IMG/VR virus record: IMGVR_UViG_3300028048_003162
DNA length: 64,000 nucleotides
Reading direction: 5' to 3' (one strand)
Origin: an uncultured virus (IMG/VR IMGVR_UViG_3300028048_003162)
Taxonomy: Duplodnaviria > Heunggongvirae > Uroviricota > Caudoviricetes
The first letter of the stretch is position 1. Each line of letters starts with the position of its first letter. This document shows positions 38,884 through 48,470 of this stretch, piece by piece. Made by a program: the position numbers and the translations under genes. The notes beneath the pieces were generated by a model. It did not search any database, was not told where the DNA came from, and saw nothing but the letters and a program-made list of their open reading frames with translations.

Positions 38884-40958
38884 AAAAGAGAGTTGTAGCA
38901 ATGATGTTAGTAGTGATAAGCTGTATTTCACTTACAGGATGTGCATCGTTTCTTCATGAGGACGTTGCAAAATATCCTTTAGTAAATCAGCTGACAAATC
39001 AGGAAGTCGTTGATTATTATGCTAAAGCATTAGATTATGATGCTGTCGTTGATAAGAATGTAACTGTACATGAAACTACTTACGAAGTTAAGGACGTTCA
39101 GGGTTCAAAAGAGACAGTACTTAAAGATTTAGTGTCACAGGCAGAGGGAATCCTAAGCGCTGGAGAATATGATAAGACGCCTGAAACAAAGAAGGTATTG
39201 AGTGAGGATACTTATAACTATTTGAAGGCAACATTGGATAATGAGCAGTTATCTGATGGACAGATTCAGAGTATTAAGGGAGCATTAGGTTACTACTTTG
39301 TAGACGTTAAGTATAATGTGGGTCCTGCAGAGTCAGGAGAGTTTGAGCCTGCAGCTTCAATGTTAGGGCTTGATGGTGTTTGGATTAGCAAGCATGATGG
39401 CTCAGCAGAGGTTGATGCAGCATACTTAAGCAATATAGCTGATAAGCTTAATAAGTATTTTGAGGAAAATGTAATTGATGATGAAGTCACAGTTACAGAT
39501 GATGGAGTACTTGAGTTTAAGAGTTTAGCAGGTGATAGCAGCAGTGATAACAGCGATACAGATGATGGTTCAAATGCAGGCGATTATGATGTTTCAATTC
39601 CTGGCGCTGAAGAAGATCAGGGTAACAGTGATGATGTTACAAGTGACACAGCTGTAAATGGAGAGGACATTGACAATGAATCAATCAAGAGTAATTATAC
39701 AGATACAATACCTGATGATAGAAAGATCAAGATTGATTTAAGTTTGATCAACAGGGTGGTTGGTTCATCACTTGCAGAGAAAGCGTTTCTTCCTTCACTT
39801 GATACAGTGTACAAGACACCTGAAAACAGTAATGTAGGTGGTTATGGTGTTTATCCTGCAGGTTCTGAAGGACTTAAGCTTTTTGGTTTTAACAGAGATG
39901 ATCTTGCTGGTGATGTTACAATCAGGTATGTGTTTAAGGATGCAGATGATGCTTCTGGAAACATTGTTGGAACAAATGCTTACGTTACAACAGAAAATAT
40001 TACAAATGGATTTAATGTTTCAGACCAGAATGTAATTATTCCTGACTTCTTAAATGATCAGCTGGACGAGATTATTGAGAGAGCAGACAGAGTTCAGTCA
40101 AATGTAGACTTATCAGGTATGTTATCAGGTAATGTTTATGCAGACTTAGGACCTGCAGTGTTAGCAGGATTCAAGGACGAGAGCAGTAGAACTTTGAAAT
40201 ATATGTCTACTATAAGACAGGTACTTGCAAGAGATACTGCTGACAATGCTTATTTGGTAGAGGTTGAGACAACTTTAACAGATGGTCCTCGTTCAGTTGA
40301 TTGCTATGGTACTTACAAAGATAAGTATTATGCAGTAATTCAGCAGAAAGGAAACAGTTTCTTAATTACTGACATGTTAAGAGTTGCACGAGAAATGACT
40401 GGTGAGCCTCCTATTTATCCGAACTCTTCTACAGAAAAGAGATTGGTTGCATTGAATTTAGCAGGTGAGGTTGCAGAGGATGATAAGACAGACATTAAGA
40501 GTTTAATGGGAGATCTTTATCAGGCTTGTACATACAGGATTTTGAAAGCTAAAGACGATGATGGAAATTATAAGAAGATTAAAGTAAATGGCAAGACACA
40601 GGAAATTAAACGAGGCATGTATGATTGCTTTGATAAAGATAGGACAATGCTTACTAAACAGCAGGGTGAGTACATTACATCTTATTTGAGAGGCAAGTTA
40701 ACAAAGTATGGTGCAAATGTTGGATCTCAGTTGAGTGGAACAATTACAGAGTGGATTGGTGGTTATGACAATCAGGCAGAGTTCACTACAGAGGAATTGA
40801 TTCAGTACGACGGTAGAGATACAGGATATTACATGACAGTTTATTACCTGGTTTCAAAAATGGGTGATGATTGGGCAATAGATGAAAGAAAAGTCATGAG
40901 TGAAGAAGAAGTGACAGGCAATGATTTGTCTAATGCAGTGGATAGAATTACAAACTAG
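38880..40958 (+). CDS. Lipoprotein with possible NTF2-like (VirB8/TcpC-like) domains
   Basis: Lipobox LTGC; beta patterns AYLVEVETT...YYAVIQQKGNSFLITD and YYLVSKMGDDWAID (fold inferred). Confidence 0.6.
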   Translation: MKKRVVAMMLVVISCISLTGCASFLHEDVAKYPLVNQLTNQEVVDYYAKALDYDAVVDKNVTVHETTYEVKDVQGSKETVLKDLVSQAEGILSAGEYDKTPETKKVLSEDTYNYLKATLDNEQLSDGQIQSIKGALGYYFVDVKYNVGPAESGEFEPAASMLGLDGVWISKHDGSAEVDAAYLSNIADKLNKYFEENVIDDEVTVTDDGVLEFKSLAGDSSSDNSDTDDGSNAGDYDVSIPGAEEDQGNSDDVTSDTAVNGEDIDNESIKSNYTDTIPDDRKIKIDLSLINRVVGSSLAEKAFLPSLDTVYKTPENSNVGGYGVYPAGSEGLKLFGFNRDDLAGDVTIRYVFKDADDASGNIVGTNAYVTTENITNGFNVSDQNVIIPDFLNDQLDEIIERADRVQSNVDLSGMLSGNVYADLGPAVLAGFKDESSRTLKYMSTIRQVLARDTADNAYLVEVETTLTDGPRSVDCYGTYKDKYYAVIQQKGNSFLITDMLRVAREMTGEPPIYPNSSTEKRLVALNLAGEVAEDDKTDIKSLMGDLYQACTYRILKAKDDDGNYKKIKVNGKTQEIKRGMYDCFDKDRTMLTKQQGEYITSYLRGKLTKYGANVGSQLSGTITEWIGGYDNQAEFTTEELIQYDGRDTGYYMTVYYLVSKMGDDWAIDERKVMSEEEVTGNDLSNAVDRITN

Positions 40959-41022
40959 GTAATAAAAGATAGCACTTGGCAGAGAAAAGATAGTACATAC
41001 AACTAAAAAGATATAAGCATTG

Positions 41023-41055
41023 AAGGGGTAAAATTGTTGATTTTACCCCTTTTTT
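41023..41055 (+). terminator. Rho-independent terminator
   Basis: AAGGGGTAAAAT/ATTTTACCCCTT perfect stem plus T run. Confidence 0.85.
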
Positions 41056-41065
41056 GTTGTATAAT
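41037..41065 (+). promoter_or_regulatory. sigmaA promoter of the telA-like operon, overlapping the terminator
   Basis: TTGATT (41037-41042), 17-nt spacer, TATAAT (41060-41065). Confidence 0.65.
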
Positions 41066-41097
41066 GATAATGTAGTAAATAAAGATTGGAGGATGAT

Positions 41098-42144
41098 ATG
41101 GTGGGAACAGAGGATGTAATCAAAGGTACAGTAGAAGAAAGCGTAGATACATCGAAAGAAATTGCAACCAGTGGCACTGAAGTAGGGCTTGAGGTTGATG
41201 AGAATGAACTTAGTAGAGTTAAGGCTATGTCACTCAAGCAGATTGACGAGTATGGTTCAACAATTCAGGACATGATTGGTTCAAAATCAACAGCTATTCT
41301 GCAGAAGGCAACAGTGAATGATACTGGTGCAACCATGAAGAAAGGCTTAGATGATCTTCAGGAGGTTGTGGACAAGCAGAGAAAAATGCTTCCTACAAGT
41401 AAGTCTCCTATGAGACTCTTTAGAAAGTTTACAGCAAACTATACTAAAGTAGAGAAGCGCATTGATGATATCAGTGATGTACTTAGCGAACAGAAAGATA
41501 AGCTTGAGAAGTATGTGCAGTACATGATGGAACAAAGTCAGAGTCTTGGTGAAGCAGTTAAGACACTGCGTAAATATGAGGGTGCATTAGCAGAATATGC
41601 TAAAGAGCTTGAGTTAGCAGATAATCCTGATCAGATTAGATTACAGGCAGTTGCTAGTAGACTTAAGATCATCACAAGTACACGTGTAAATGCAGAGCAG
41701 GCTCAGGTTGAAAGTTTAATGATCATTAAAGCGAATCAGGAAAGCAAGTATCAGCTTGCTCAGGTAGTACAGAACGTAATGCCTATTCTGAAAATGCAGG
41801 CAGTAAATGCTATTGGCATTAAAGCAAATCAGGAAAGCTTGGAAATTGCAGAGAAAACAAAGAAGATCACAGGAGACCTTATCGAGCGTAACGCAGCAGA
41901 TGTAAAAGCAATGGTGGACAAGCTTCAGAGTAACCGTACCAGTGGTGTTATTGATGAGGACAAGTTACTGAATGCTCAGCGTACATTACAGGAGGCTATC
42001 AAAACTGTTATGGAGGCATCAGAGAAAGAGGCTCAGGCAAACCTGGAAATTTCAAAGAGACTTCGCGAGAACAGTGGTTTTACAGAGCAGCATATCAAGG
42101 ACCTTTCAAGAGCATTGGATATCAATGACTCTAATGCAATCTAA
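41098..42144 (+). CDS. telA: TelA/KlaA-family toxic anion resistance protein
   Basis: IDEYGSTIQ, STAILQK, YTKVEKRIDDISDVL, coiled coils, VMPILKMQ, VIDEDKL; start moved to ATG 41098 (GGAGG RBS). Confidence 0.8.
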   Translation: MVGTEDVIKGTVEESVDTSKEIATSGTEVGLEVDENELSRVKAMSLKQIDEYGSTIQDMIGSKSTAILQKATVNDTGATMKKGLDDLQEVVDKQRKMLPTSKSPMRLFRKFTANYTKVEKRIDDISDVLSEQKDKLEKYVQYMMEQSQSLGEAVKTLRKYEGALAEYAKELELADNPDQIRLQAVASRLKIITSTRVNAEQAQVESLMIIKANQESKYQLAQVVQNVMPILKMQAVNAIGIKANQESLEIAEKTKKITGDLIERNAADVKAMVDKLQSNRTSGVIDEDKLLNAQRTLQEAIKTVMEASEKEAQANLEISKRLRENSGFTEQHIKDLSRALDINDSNAI

Positions 42145-42161
42145 AGAGTAGAGACATAGAT

Positions 42162-42968
42162 ATGGGAGATAGTAAGAGCATAAAGGTGCACGGAAAAGCA
42201 TTGAATAGGTTTATGCAAGCAACAAGTTGTGCTGAGATATTCTTGGATAAATATGAAAAGGATCCTGACAATTTGACTAGTAATGACATATTGATACTGT
42301 TCTATGCACTGGAATGTTTAAGACAGCAACTTAGGGATGGTTGCAAGAGCACTATGATAAGAAATGAAGCAGAGGCGCTATATGCTAGACTTGAGGCTAT
42401 AGTGAGTCTGCTTCAAGTCATAGATTGGGATAACATTAGATATAGGACAGATACAAAGACATCATGGAAATATGCAGCTAGAGTGTTTGGAAAATCATTT
42501 GAAGAGGCTAAACAATCACGTAATGATGTAAAACATACACTCTTTTGGAAAAGATTTGCTAAGTCATTGGCGGTGGGTGGCATAGGAATGGTTAGTTTGT
42601 TACCTACAGCTAGTATCATAGCAATGGGAATTGGAGCAGCTTGCTTTGGTGGTATTACATATATATTTCTTAGGGCAGACGACGAATCACATTTGCACAG
42701 GATAGGTTTGATATATCCATACTGTATTTACAATGATAACTTGTTTACAAATATGATGCAGTATGTATATGGTGTTTGTACAGGTATTTACAATACTAGT
42801 GGCATAGGGTCTTATATGATGCCTGGTTGTCCTCAAGAAAAGCAGCTTAAGGAGGACATGGAGTATATCAGATGCACAGGAGTAAAGGAATTAAACAGTG
42901 AGAATTATAGAGATGTACTTACTGTTTATGCTCGCATACTATATGAAATTTCTGATAACATAAAGTAA
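42162..42968 (+). CDS. Paralog family member 1 (helical LTSNDI domain + TM)
   Basis: LDKYEKDPDNLTSNDILILFYALECL; two TMs. Confidence 0.7.
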   Translation: MGDSKSIKVHGKALNRFMQATSCAEIFLDKYEKDPDNLTSNDILILFYALECLRQQLRDGCKSTMIRNEAEALYARLEAIVSLLQVIDWDNIRYRTDTKTSWKYAARVFGKSFEEAKQSRNDVKHTLFWKRFAKSLAVGGIGMVSLLPTASIIAMGIGAACFGGITYIFLRADDESHLHRIGLIYPYCIYNDNLFTNMMQYVYGVCTGIYNTSGIGSYMMPGCPQEKQLKEDMEYIRCTGVKELNSENYRDVLTVYARILYEISDNIK

Positions 42969-42980
42969 AAGGGTAAAGAC

Positions 42981-43841
42981 ATGGAAAAAGAGAAAGAGAC
43001 AGAGATCAAGAAAAATGGTGAGAGCATTTCATATCAGGCTAATGCATTGAATGAATATGAAAAGATCGTTGATATTTCTAACAATATACTTGAGAAGTAC
43101 AAGGATACAGATAGTTTAGATTTTAATGGCATTTTTGTTTTATTCTATGTAGAGAAAAAATTGGATAACATGTTGAAAGAATACCCTGATGCAGTGTTTT
43201 ACAAAAACGCAGACGCTATACATGATAGGCTGTCACTTATTTGTGATGACTACAGAGATTCTGATATAAGAGTCTCACAGTATCCTAGAAATACAGGCAA
43301 AAAGGGAGCTAAGGCATTATTTGGTAATAGATATAGACTTAGTATAGTGAAGTATAGACTTAACAAGTTTATGTTTAACTTCTTTAGAATTGTCAAGTGG
43401 TATGCACCTGCTTTAACATTAGGTACATTGCTAATAAATATAGCATGTCCTTTATTTATAAATGGTACACGTGTTGCTAGAATTGGGATTAGGGCATTTT
43501 TTGAAGAGCAGTTAGCAATTTGGGGGCATGTGTTTGGACAATTTGCAACACTTGGAGTAATAGGTTCAATCATTGGAGCAACTCTTCATACATTCTATGA
43601 GTTGCACTCTAGAGATGAAGATACATCAGAAAGAGAATTCTACGTTCATGGAGACATTAAGAGATATATAAGTTACATATCTAAAAAAGCTGAGTTTGTA
43701 TTGGCGATTGATCCAGATCATATTGGTACAGTAGAAGCACTTAAGGGTTTAGTGAGTGAGTTCATATGCATGGAGGAAGTCATTGGCGAAGAAAAGATAC
43801 TTACAGGAGACTTTGGTTTAGCAGATCAGGGTTTTAGATAA
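42981..43841 (+). CDS. Paralog family member 2 (helical domain + TM)
   Basis: ILEKYKDTDSLDFNGIFVLFYVEKKL; two TMs. Confidence 0.7.
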   Translation: MEKEKETEIKKNGESISYQANALNEYEKIVDISNNILEKYKDTDSLDFNGIFVLFYVEKKLDNMLKEYPDAVFYKNADAIHDRLSLICDDYRDSDIRVSQYPRNTGKKGAKALFGNRYRLSIVKYRLNKFMFNFFRIVKWYAPALTLGTLLINIACPLFINGTRVARIGIRAFFEEQLAIWGHVFGQFATLGVIGSIIGATLHTFYELHSRDEDTSEREFYVHGDIKRYISYISKKAEFVLAIDPDHIGTVEALKGLVSEFICMEEVIGEEKILTGDFGLADQGFR

Positions 43842-43855
43842 AGGGGGATAGGACA

Positions 43856-44584
43856 TTGGCATTATTTTTGGTTGACTTTGAAAACGTAAAAGGGACAGAT
43901 GCTTTTAATGGAGCAGACTTATTAACACCTGATGATACAGTTTGTATTTTCTATAGCAAGGAGGCTTTTAGGCTTAAGGCATATGAGTATGAAGCACTGC
44001 AGCGGTCAGGATGTAAGATAGAGTATTATAAACTCATTAAAGGTGGTAAAAATGCACTGGATTTTTACATAGTAGGCAAGGCATCAAGTGAATTGCATAA
44101 GAAATGTGATGCAATAGGCATTATCAGTAATGATAGTGGCTATGATACATTTGTTGATTACATATCAAATTACGAGGGTATTGACAAGAAAGTAGTAAAG
44201 TGCAGTGGTACAATTAGAAAGGTACTTAGTGTGATGTCTACTGATGCACTGGGTAGGGCTGGAGAGGCAAATAGATCCTTACAGGCTATATCAATAGATA
44301 CACTTGCTAATCAGGCTAAGGCATTGAAAGTTAAGGCAGATGAAGTAAGAGAGGTATTGAAAGAGTACCTTGAGGAACAGAATTGTAGCATTGATGATTA
44401 TACTGGTTCATTTATTCAGGATATGTGGACAGTACCTTTGAAAGAGGTTTATTCAAAGTCACTTCAGACTTTTGGTAAAGACAATGGTATTGAAGTACAT
44501 TACATGGTAAAAGAGTACAAGAGGCTTAAAGAAGAAAAGGGAGACCTTGACTTAAGCAAGCTAAGCAACATTATGCAGAAGTAA
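43856..44584 (+). CDS. PIN-domain (PIN_7/NYN-like) putative ribonuclease
   Basis: LFLVDFENV, KNALDFYI, IISNDSGYD acidic catalytic motifs; TTG start. Confidence 0.85.
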   Translation: MALFLVDFENVKGTDAFNGADLLTPDDTVCIFYSKEAFRLKAYEYEALQRSGCKIEYYKLIKGGKNALDFYIVGKASSELHKKCDAIGIISNDSGYDTFVDYISNYEGIDKKVVKCSGTIRKVLSVMSTDALGRAGEANRSLQAISIDTLANQAKALKVKADEVREVLKEYLEEQNCSIDDYTGSFIQDMWTVPLKEVYSKSLQTFGKDNGIEVHYMVKEYKRLKEEKGDLDLSKLSNIMQK

Positions 44585-44623
44585 TACATGGGGAGAATCA
44601 AGGTTTAGCAGGAGAGATGTAGT

Positions 44624-45298
44624 ATGATTACAGATATGAAATTTCAGACCATTAAGAAAAGAGCAATGGACTTTTCAGATTTAACTACATACGTTATTAA
44701 AATACTTGATATGTATGAAAGCGACAATGATCATGGTGAACTTACAGTGCTTGGTTACTATGGAGTATTGGTTGCTAACAAAGTGTTAGAAGAAGCAGAC
44801 TTTGAGGAATATGAGCCTGAACTTAATAGAATGAGGGCTACAGTAGGAAGTATTGCAACAATCTTGAAAAATAGTGAGGTTAGACCTTATCCAGATGATT
44901 CATTGTACAATATTTTTGCAAGACTAAACATTATTTTGGATTGGAGACTTAACAAGAAAGAGTTAAAGCAGGAAATAGAGAAATTCAACTATCTTCATGT
45001 TGGAGTACATGATTACAATGCAAGGCATACAGTAAGAGTATTCATAGGCGACGCATTTGGCATTACTACTTGCAAGTACCTTGGGTTTATTGATCAGGTT
45101 TATTTTGGATCAGACATTGATAACTTAATAATTGACACACTATATAAGAATATAGGCAATCCAGCATCAGAGAGGATCCCTATAGGTGATAACAGGGTCA
45201 TTAGATCAGAAGAAAAGACAATAGAAAATTGGATATGGGCTGATTCGCTTGAGGATGATGAGGAGGATTTAACTAACTATGGAATGCACTTGGTATAA
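44624..45298 (+). CDS. Paralog family member 3 (divergent, no clear TM)
   Basis: VIKILDMYESDNDHGELTVLGYYGVLVANKVL aligns loosely with its neighbours. Confidence 0.6.
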   Translation: MITDMKFQTIKKRAMDFSDLTTYVIKILDMYESDNDHGELTVLGYYGVLVANKVLEEADFEEYEPELNRMRATVGSIATILKNSEVRPYPDDSLYNIFARLNIILDWRLNKKELKQEIEKFNYLHVGVHDYNARHTVRVFIGDAFGITTCKYLGFIDQVYFGSDIDNLIIDTLYKNIGNPASERIPIGDNRVIRSEEKTIENWIWADSLEDDEEDLTNYGMHLV

Positions 45299-46136
45299 AG
45301 ATCATGCTATAAGCGAGCACATGGTGGCATACGAGAATTATCAGGAGATCTATGATTTCTTGGCTTTGGTCATGGCTACAATAGAGAAAAGAGGATTAAG
45401 TAGACTTACTTCAAATGATATATACTATTTGGTTTACTGTAAGTGCATGCTGGAGGATGCTGTAGAGCAGACCAGTGAGGACTATGTCACTAGTGGTTGT
45501 TTAAGCAGAAATTTGGATAATGTGAATAACTTATTGAAGTTGATACCTGACATGTCATTGAAGAAAGCATTACATAAGAAAACAAACTTAATAGACACAT
45601 TCAAGTTGGAGAGGGCATTGTTGCTTGGTACTAGGGAGAAGAAGTCGTTCTCTGATAAAATGGAGACATACAATGTATTTATTCCTGGGGCATTTGCTAT
45701 TGTTTATTTAGTACTTGGATTTCCTATTAGGACAGGAACATATTTTGCTGTGGGTACAATAGTTGTATCATTGACACTTGGTTTACTTTCAGTATTTGAA
45801 GAGAAAAGACCATTGCTATTGTTTAATAACAGGTTAAGAAATTCTGAATACATATTAGCTAATATGTATAAACATTGTTTAAGATGTGTATGTTGCACCT
45901 GTAATAAGGAAGATGGGCCTTATTACCATTGTAGTAGGTTTATGATGTGTGTAGATGGCATAGCACACGATTTAAGGTGTCTGGAAAAGAAGACAGAACA
46001 ACAGTATTATGATTATAGGGACTCTATACGGAAGATAAAGGCAGCTAGTAGATATGTGGACACTACAATAAAAGACGTGGAAAATGTTGTAAGATATGAA
46101 CGCAGTATTTTAAGAGGTTGGAACTATAGGGTATAA
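45279..46136 (+). CDS. Paralog family member 4 (helical domain + TM + Cys-rich segment)
   Basis: LSRLTSNDIYYLVYCKCML; two TMs; CLRCVCCTC. Confidence 0.7.
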   Translation: MECTWYKDHAISEHMVAYENYQEIYDFLALVMATIEKRGLSRLTSNDIYYLVYCKCMLEDAVEQTSEDYVTSGCLSRNLDNVNNLLKLIPDMSLKKALHKKTNLIDTFKLERALLLGTREKKSFSDKMETYNVFIPGAFAIVYLVLGFPIRTGTYFAVGTIVVSLTLGLLSVFEEKRPLLLFNNRLRNSEYILANMYKHCLRCVCCTCNKEDGPYYHCSRFMMCVDGIAHDLRCLEKKTEQQYYDYRDSIRKIKAASRYVDTTIKDVENVVRYERSILRGWNYRV

Positions 46137-46140
46137 GGAA

Positions 46141-46190
46141 ATGCATATCATAGTGTAATCAGTTACATTGTGGTATGCATAATTTTATTA
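46141..46190 (+). terminator. Hairpin / probable terminator
   Basis: ATGCATATCATAGTGTAA/TTACATTGTGGTATGCAT (with G-U pairs) then a T-rich tail. Confidence 0.55.
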
Positions 46191-46234
46191 TAAGAAAAAT
46201 TTTAATTTTAATTTAGGAAAGGAAAAAGAGCAAT

Positions 46235-46750
46235 ATGCAGGAGACAAGGGTAGTTGAACAGGGTAAGGAGTTGGAGGAATATAATAAGCTATGTGAGTAC
46301 ACTAATGCTATATTAAGGGACTTTAATGCAGAGACAGCAACAAGAAATGATATCTATGACTTAGCTTATGCTAAACTTAAGTTAGATGAGTTTCAGCATA
46401 GTGGTTTGCATAACAGCATTATTGATGGTGCAGTTGAGAGAACAAGGGGCAATGTTAGTTTAGTACTTAACATGACTAAAAATAATGCTGACATTTATAC
46501 TAGAGATATAGATAAGGCAAAATCAAAAAGCATCAATAAGAAAAAGGGTACACAGTTGCAAATGCAAAATACAGGTAGTCCTACAGTGGCAAGTTGTGAC
46601 AGTGCAATTAAGAAAGTAATGGTACAAAAGATGATTGGACCTATGGTCTTTGGTGGTATTATGTTATTCGTTGGTAATATAGATAGTATACTTAAAATGT
46701 TTGGGCTTAACATTGCACTACCTAGATTGAAACAAATGCAGTTTAATTAA
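46235..46750 (+). CDS. Paralog family member 5 (helical domain + C-terminal TM)
   Basis: ILRDFNAETATRNDIYDLAYAKLKL. Confidence 0.7.
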   Translation: MQETRVVEQGKELEEYNKLCEYTNAILRDFNAETATRNDIYDLAYAKLKLDEFQHSGLHNSIIDGAVERTRGNVSLVLNMTKNNADIYTRDIDKAKSKSINKKKGTQLQMQNTGSPTVASCDSAIKKVMVQKMIGPMVFGGIMLFVGNIDSILKMFGLNIALPRLKQMQFN

Positions 46751-46793
46751 AGATGGACAATATAAAAGAGCAGATAGAAAGGAAGTTATAAAC

Positions 46794-48413
46794 ATGGGAG
46801 TTACATATCCGACAATGTGGAATGGAATGTATCTTGGTAATATGTCAGAGCAGCAGGCAAGTTTGATTATGCAGACAAGGTCATCAGAAAAGATTGAAAA
46901 TCTTAAGCATATGATTTTTGATTTTCCTCCTGAATTGATTAAAAGAAGCCTTGATGAAGGAATTAGCATTAGAGAAATAGCAAAGACAGATGAAAGTGTT
47001 GACTTAAAGCAGTATGTTTCAGAGTTGCGTGATTATCAGACAGTGGGTACAGCTTTTATGTACCTTAGTCCAAGAAGTATCATCGCTGATGGTTGTGGTT
47101 TAGGCAAGACAGCAGAAGTAAGTGCTCTTATAAATTATTTGAAGAGTACAGGGGTTTTAACAAGATTCCTCATTGCAGTTGAGTCAGGTGCATTAGGTCA
47201 GACACAGTGTGAACTTGAGAGGTTTACAGGTTTGAATGTGGTAGCTATGCCTTCTGAGGCACCTAAAATTAGGAGAGTCATTAAGAAAACAGACTGGAGA
47301 AAAGTTGATGGCATTGTAATTAAACACAGTACATTGAGAAGTGATCCTTTCTCACAGTGGTTGGCACTTAATCTTGATGAGAATGGACTTTGTAAGATTT
47401 TCAATACATTCTTCCTTGATGAAAGTTCCCTGATTAAAAATAATAAGACAAAGACTTATGAATATACACGTAACATTTGTAATATTGTTACACGAGTTCA
47501 TTTTATGAATGCAACAGCATTTGAGACAAACATCATGGATGTTTATAATCAGATGGACATGATGGAGGCAGAGCTGTTACCTAAACAGTGGCGCATTGAG
47601 AAAGATTATTGTGTACATAAGAGATCACAATACTGGACAAAGGTAAATGGTAAGTCTCAGTTGAATTTTAGAAGAGAGCGTACAGGATATAAAGATCAGG
47701 CAAAGTTCAAAAAGAGTTTGCAGTTGGTTTATTTTGGTAGGAGTTCAAAAGAAATATTTGGAGAGGTTCCGAATGTATATAAGACATATTATGTGACACC
47801 TACGAATGATATGGCAGTTGCATTAGAAAAAGGATATAGATACAATGAGTTATTGAATTGTCCTTCATTGATACCTGATGTTGGTATTGGAATGACAAGG
47901 AAAGAAGTTCCTAAGCTTGATAGATTATGTAGGCTTATTGAAACAGAGTTTTCAGACGTGCCTGTTATGGTTTATTGTTTTCACAGAGAGGCACAGGCAG
48001 CTATTGAGAGAGAACTTAAGGCAATAGGAAGAAAGCCTGTGGTACTGAATGGTGAGATCACTGACTCAATGGAGAAATACTCAATTCAGCAGAAGTTTAA
48101 CAATGGAGAATATGATGTAATCATTACAAATATTAAAAAGTCACTAAACTTAAATGCAGCGCAGGTATGTATCTTCTACAGTATGGAAACAAACATTGCT
48201 AAAATGGAGCAGACAGCACGAAGAATTGACAGACATGTAGATGATTCAATTAAAACATTTATATTATTGTTGTATGAGCATACAGCAGAATGTGCATTCT
48301 TTATGGATACAGTTGCCCAACGAGCAAAAGACGCAAGAGATTTGACAATCGATGCAAAGACAGCAGTTGATTACTTTGTTGAGGCAATGAGAAGTGATGA
48401 GGTGGGCCAGTAA
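46794..48413 (+). CDS. SNF2-family helicase-like protein with divergent motifs
   Basis: LRDYQ, IIADGCGLGKT, LDESSLIKN, NATAFETN, SLNLNAA, EQTARRIDR. Confidence 0.85.
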   Translation: MGVTYPTMWNGMYLGNMSEQQASLIMQTRSSEKIENLKHMIFDFPPELIKRSLDEGISIREIAKTDESVDLKQYVSELRDYQTVGTAFMYLSPRSIIADGCGLGKTAEVSALINYLKSTGVLTRFLIAVESGALGQTQCELERFTGLNVVAMPSEAPKIRRVIKKTDWRKVDGIVIKHSTLRSDPFSQWLALNLDENGLCKIFNTFFLDESSLIKNNKTKTYEYTRNICNIVTRVHFMNATAFETNIMDVYNQMDMMEAELLPKQWRIEKDYCVHKRSQYWTKVNGKSQLNFRRERTGYKDQAKFKKSLQLVYFGRSSKEIFGEVPNVYKTYYVTPTNDMAVALEKGYRYNELLNCPSLIPDVGIGMTRKEVPKLDRLCRLIETEFSDVPVMVYCFHREAQAAIERELKAIGRKPVVLNGEITDSMEKYSIQQKFNNGEYDVIITNIKKSLNLNAAQVCIFYSMETNIAKMEQTARRIDRHVDDSIKTFILLLYEHTAECAFFMDTVAQRAKDARDLTIDAKTAVDYFVEAMRSDEVGQ

Positions 48414-48470
48414 AAGAGCATTGAATTTAATTAAAATTAAATTTTAATTTTGTTTATAGGAGGTTATAAC

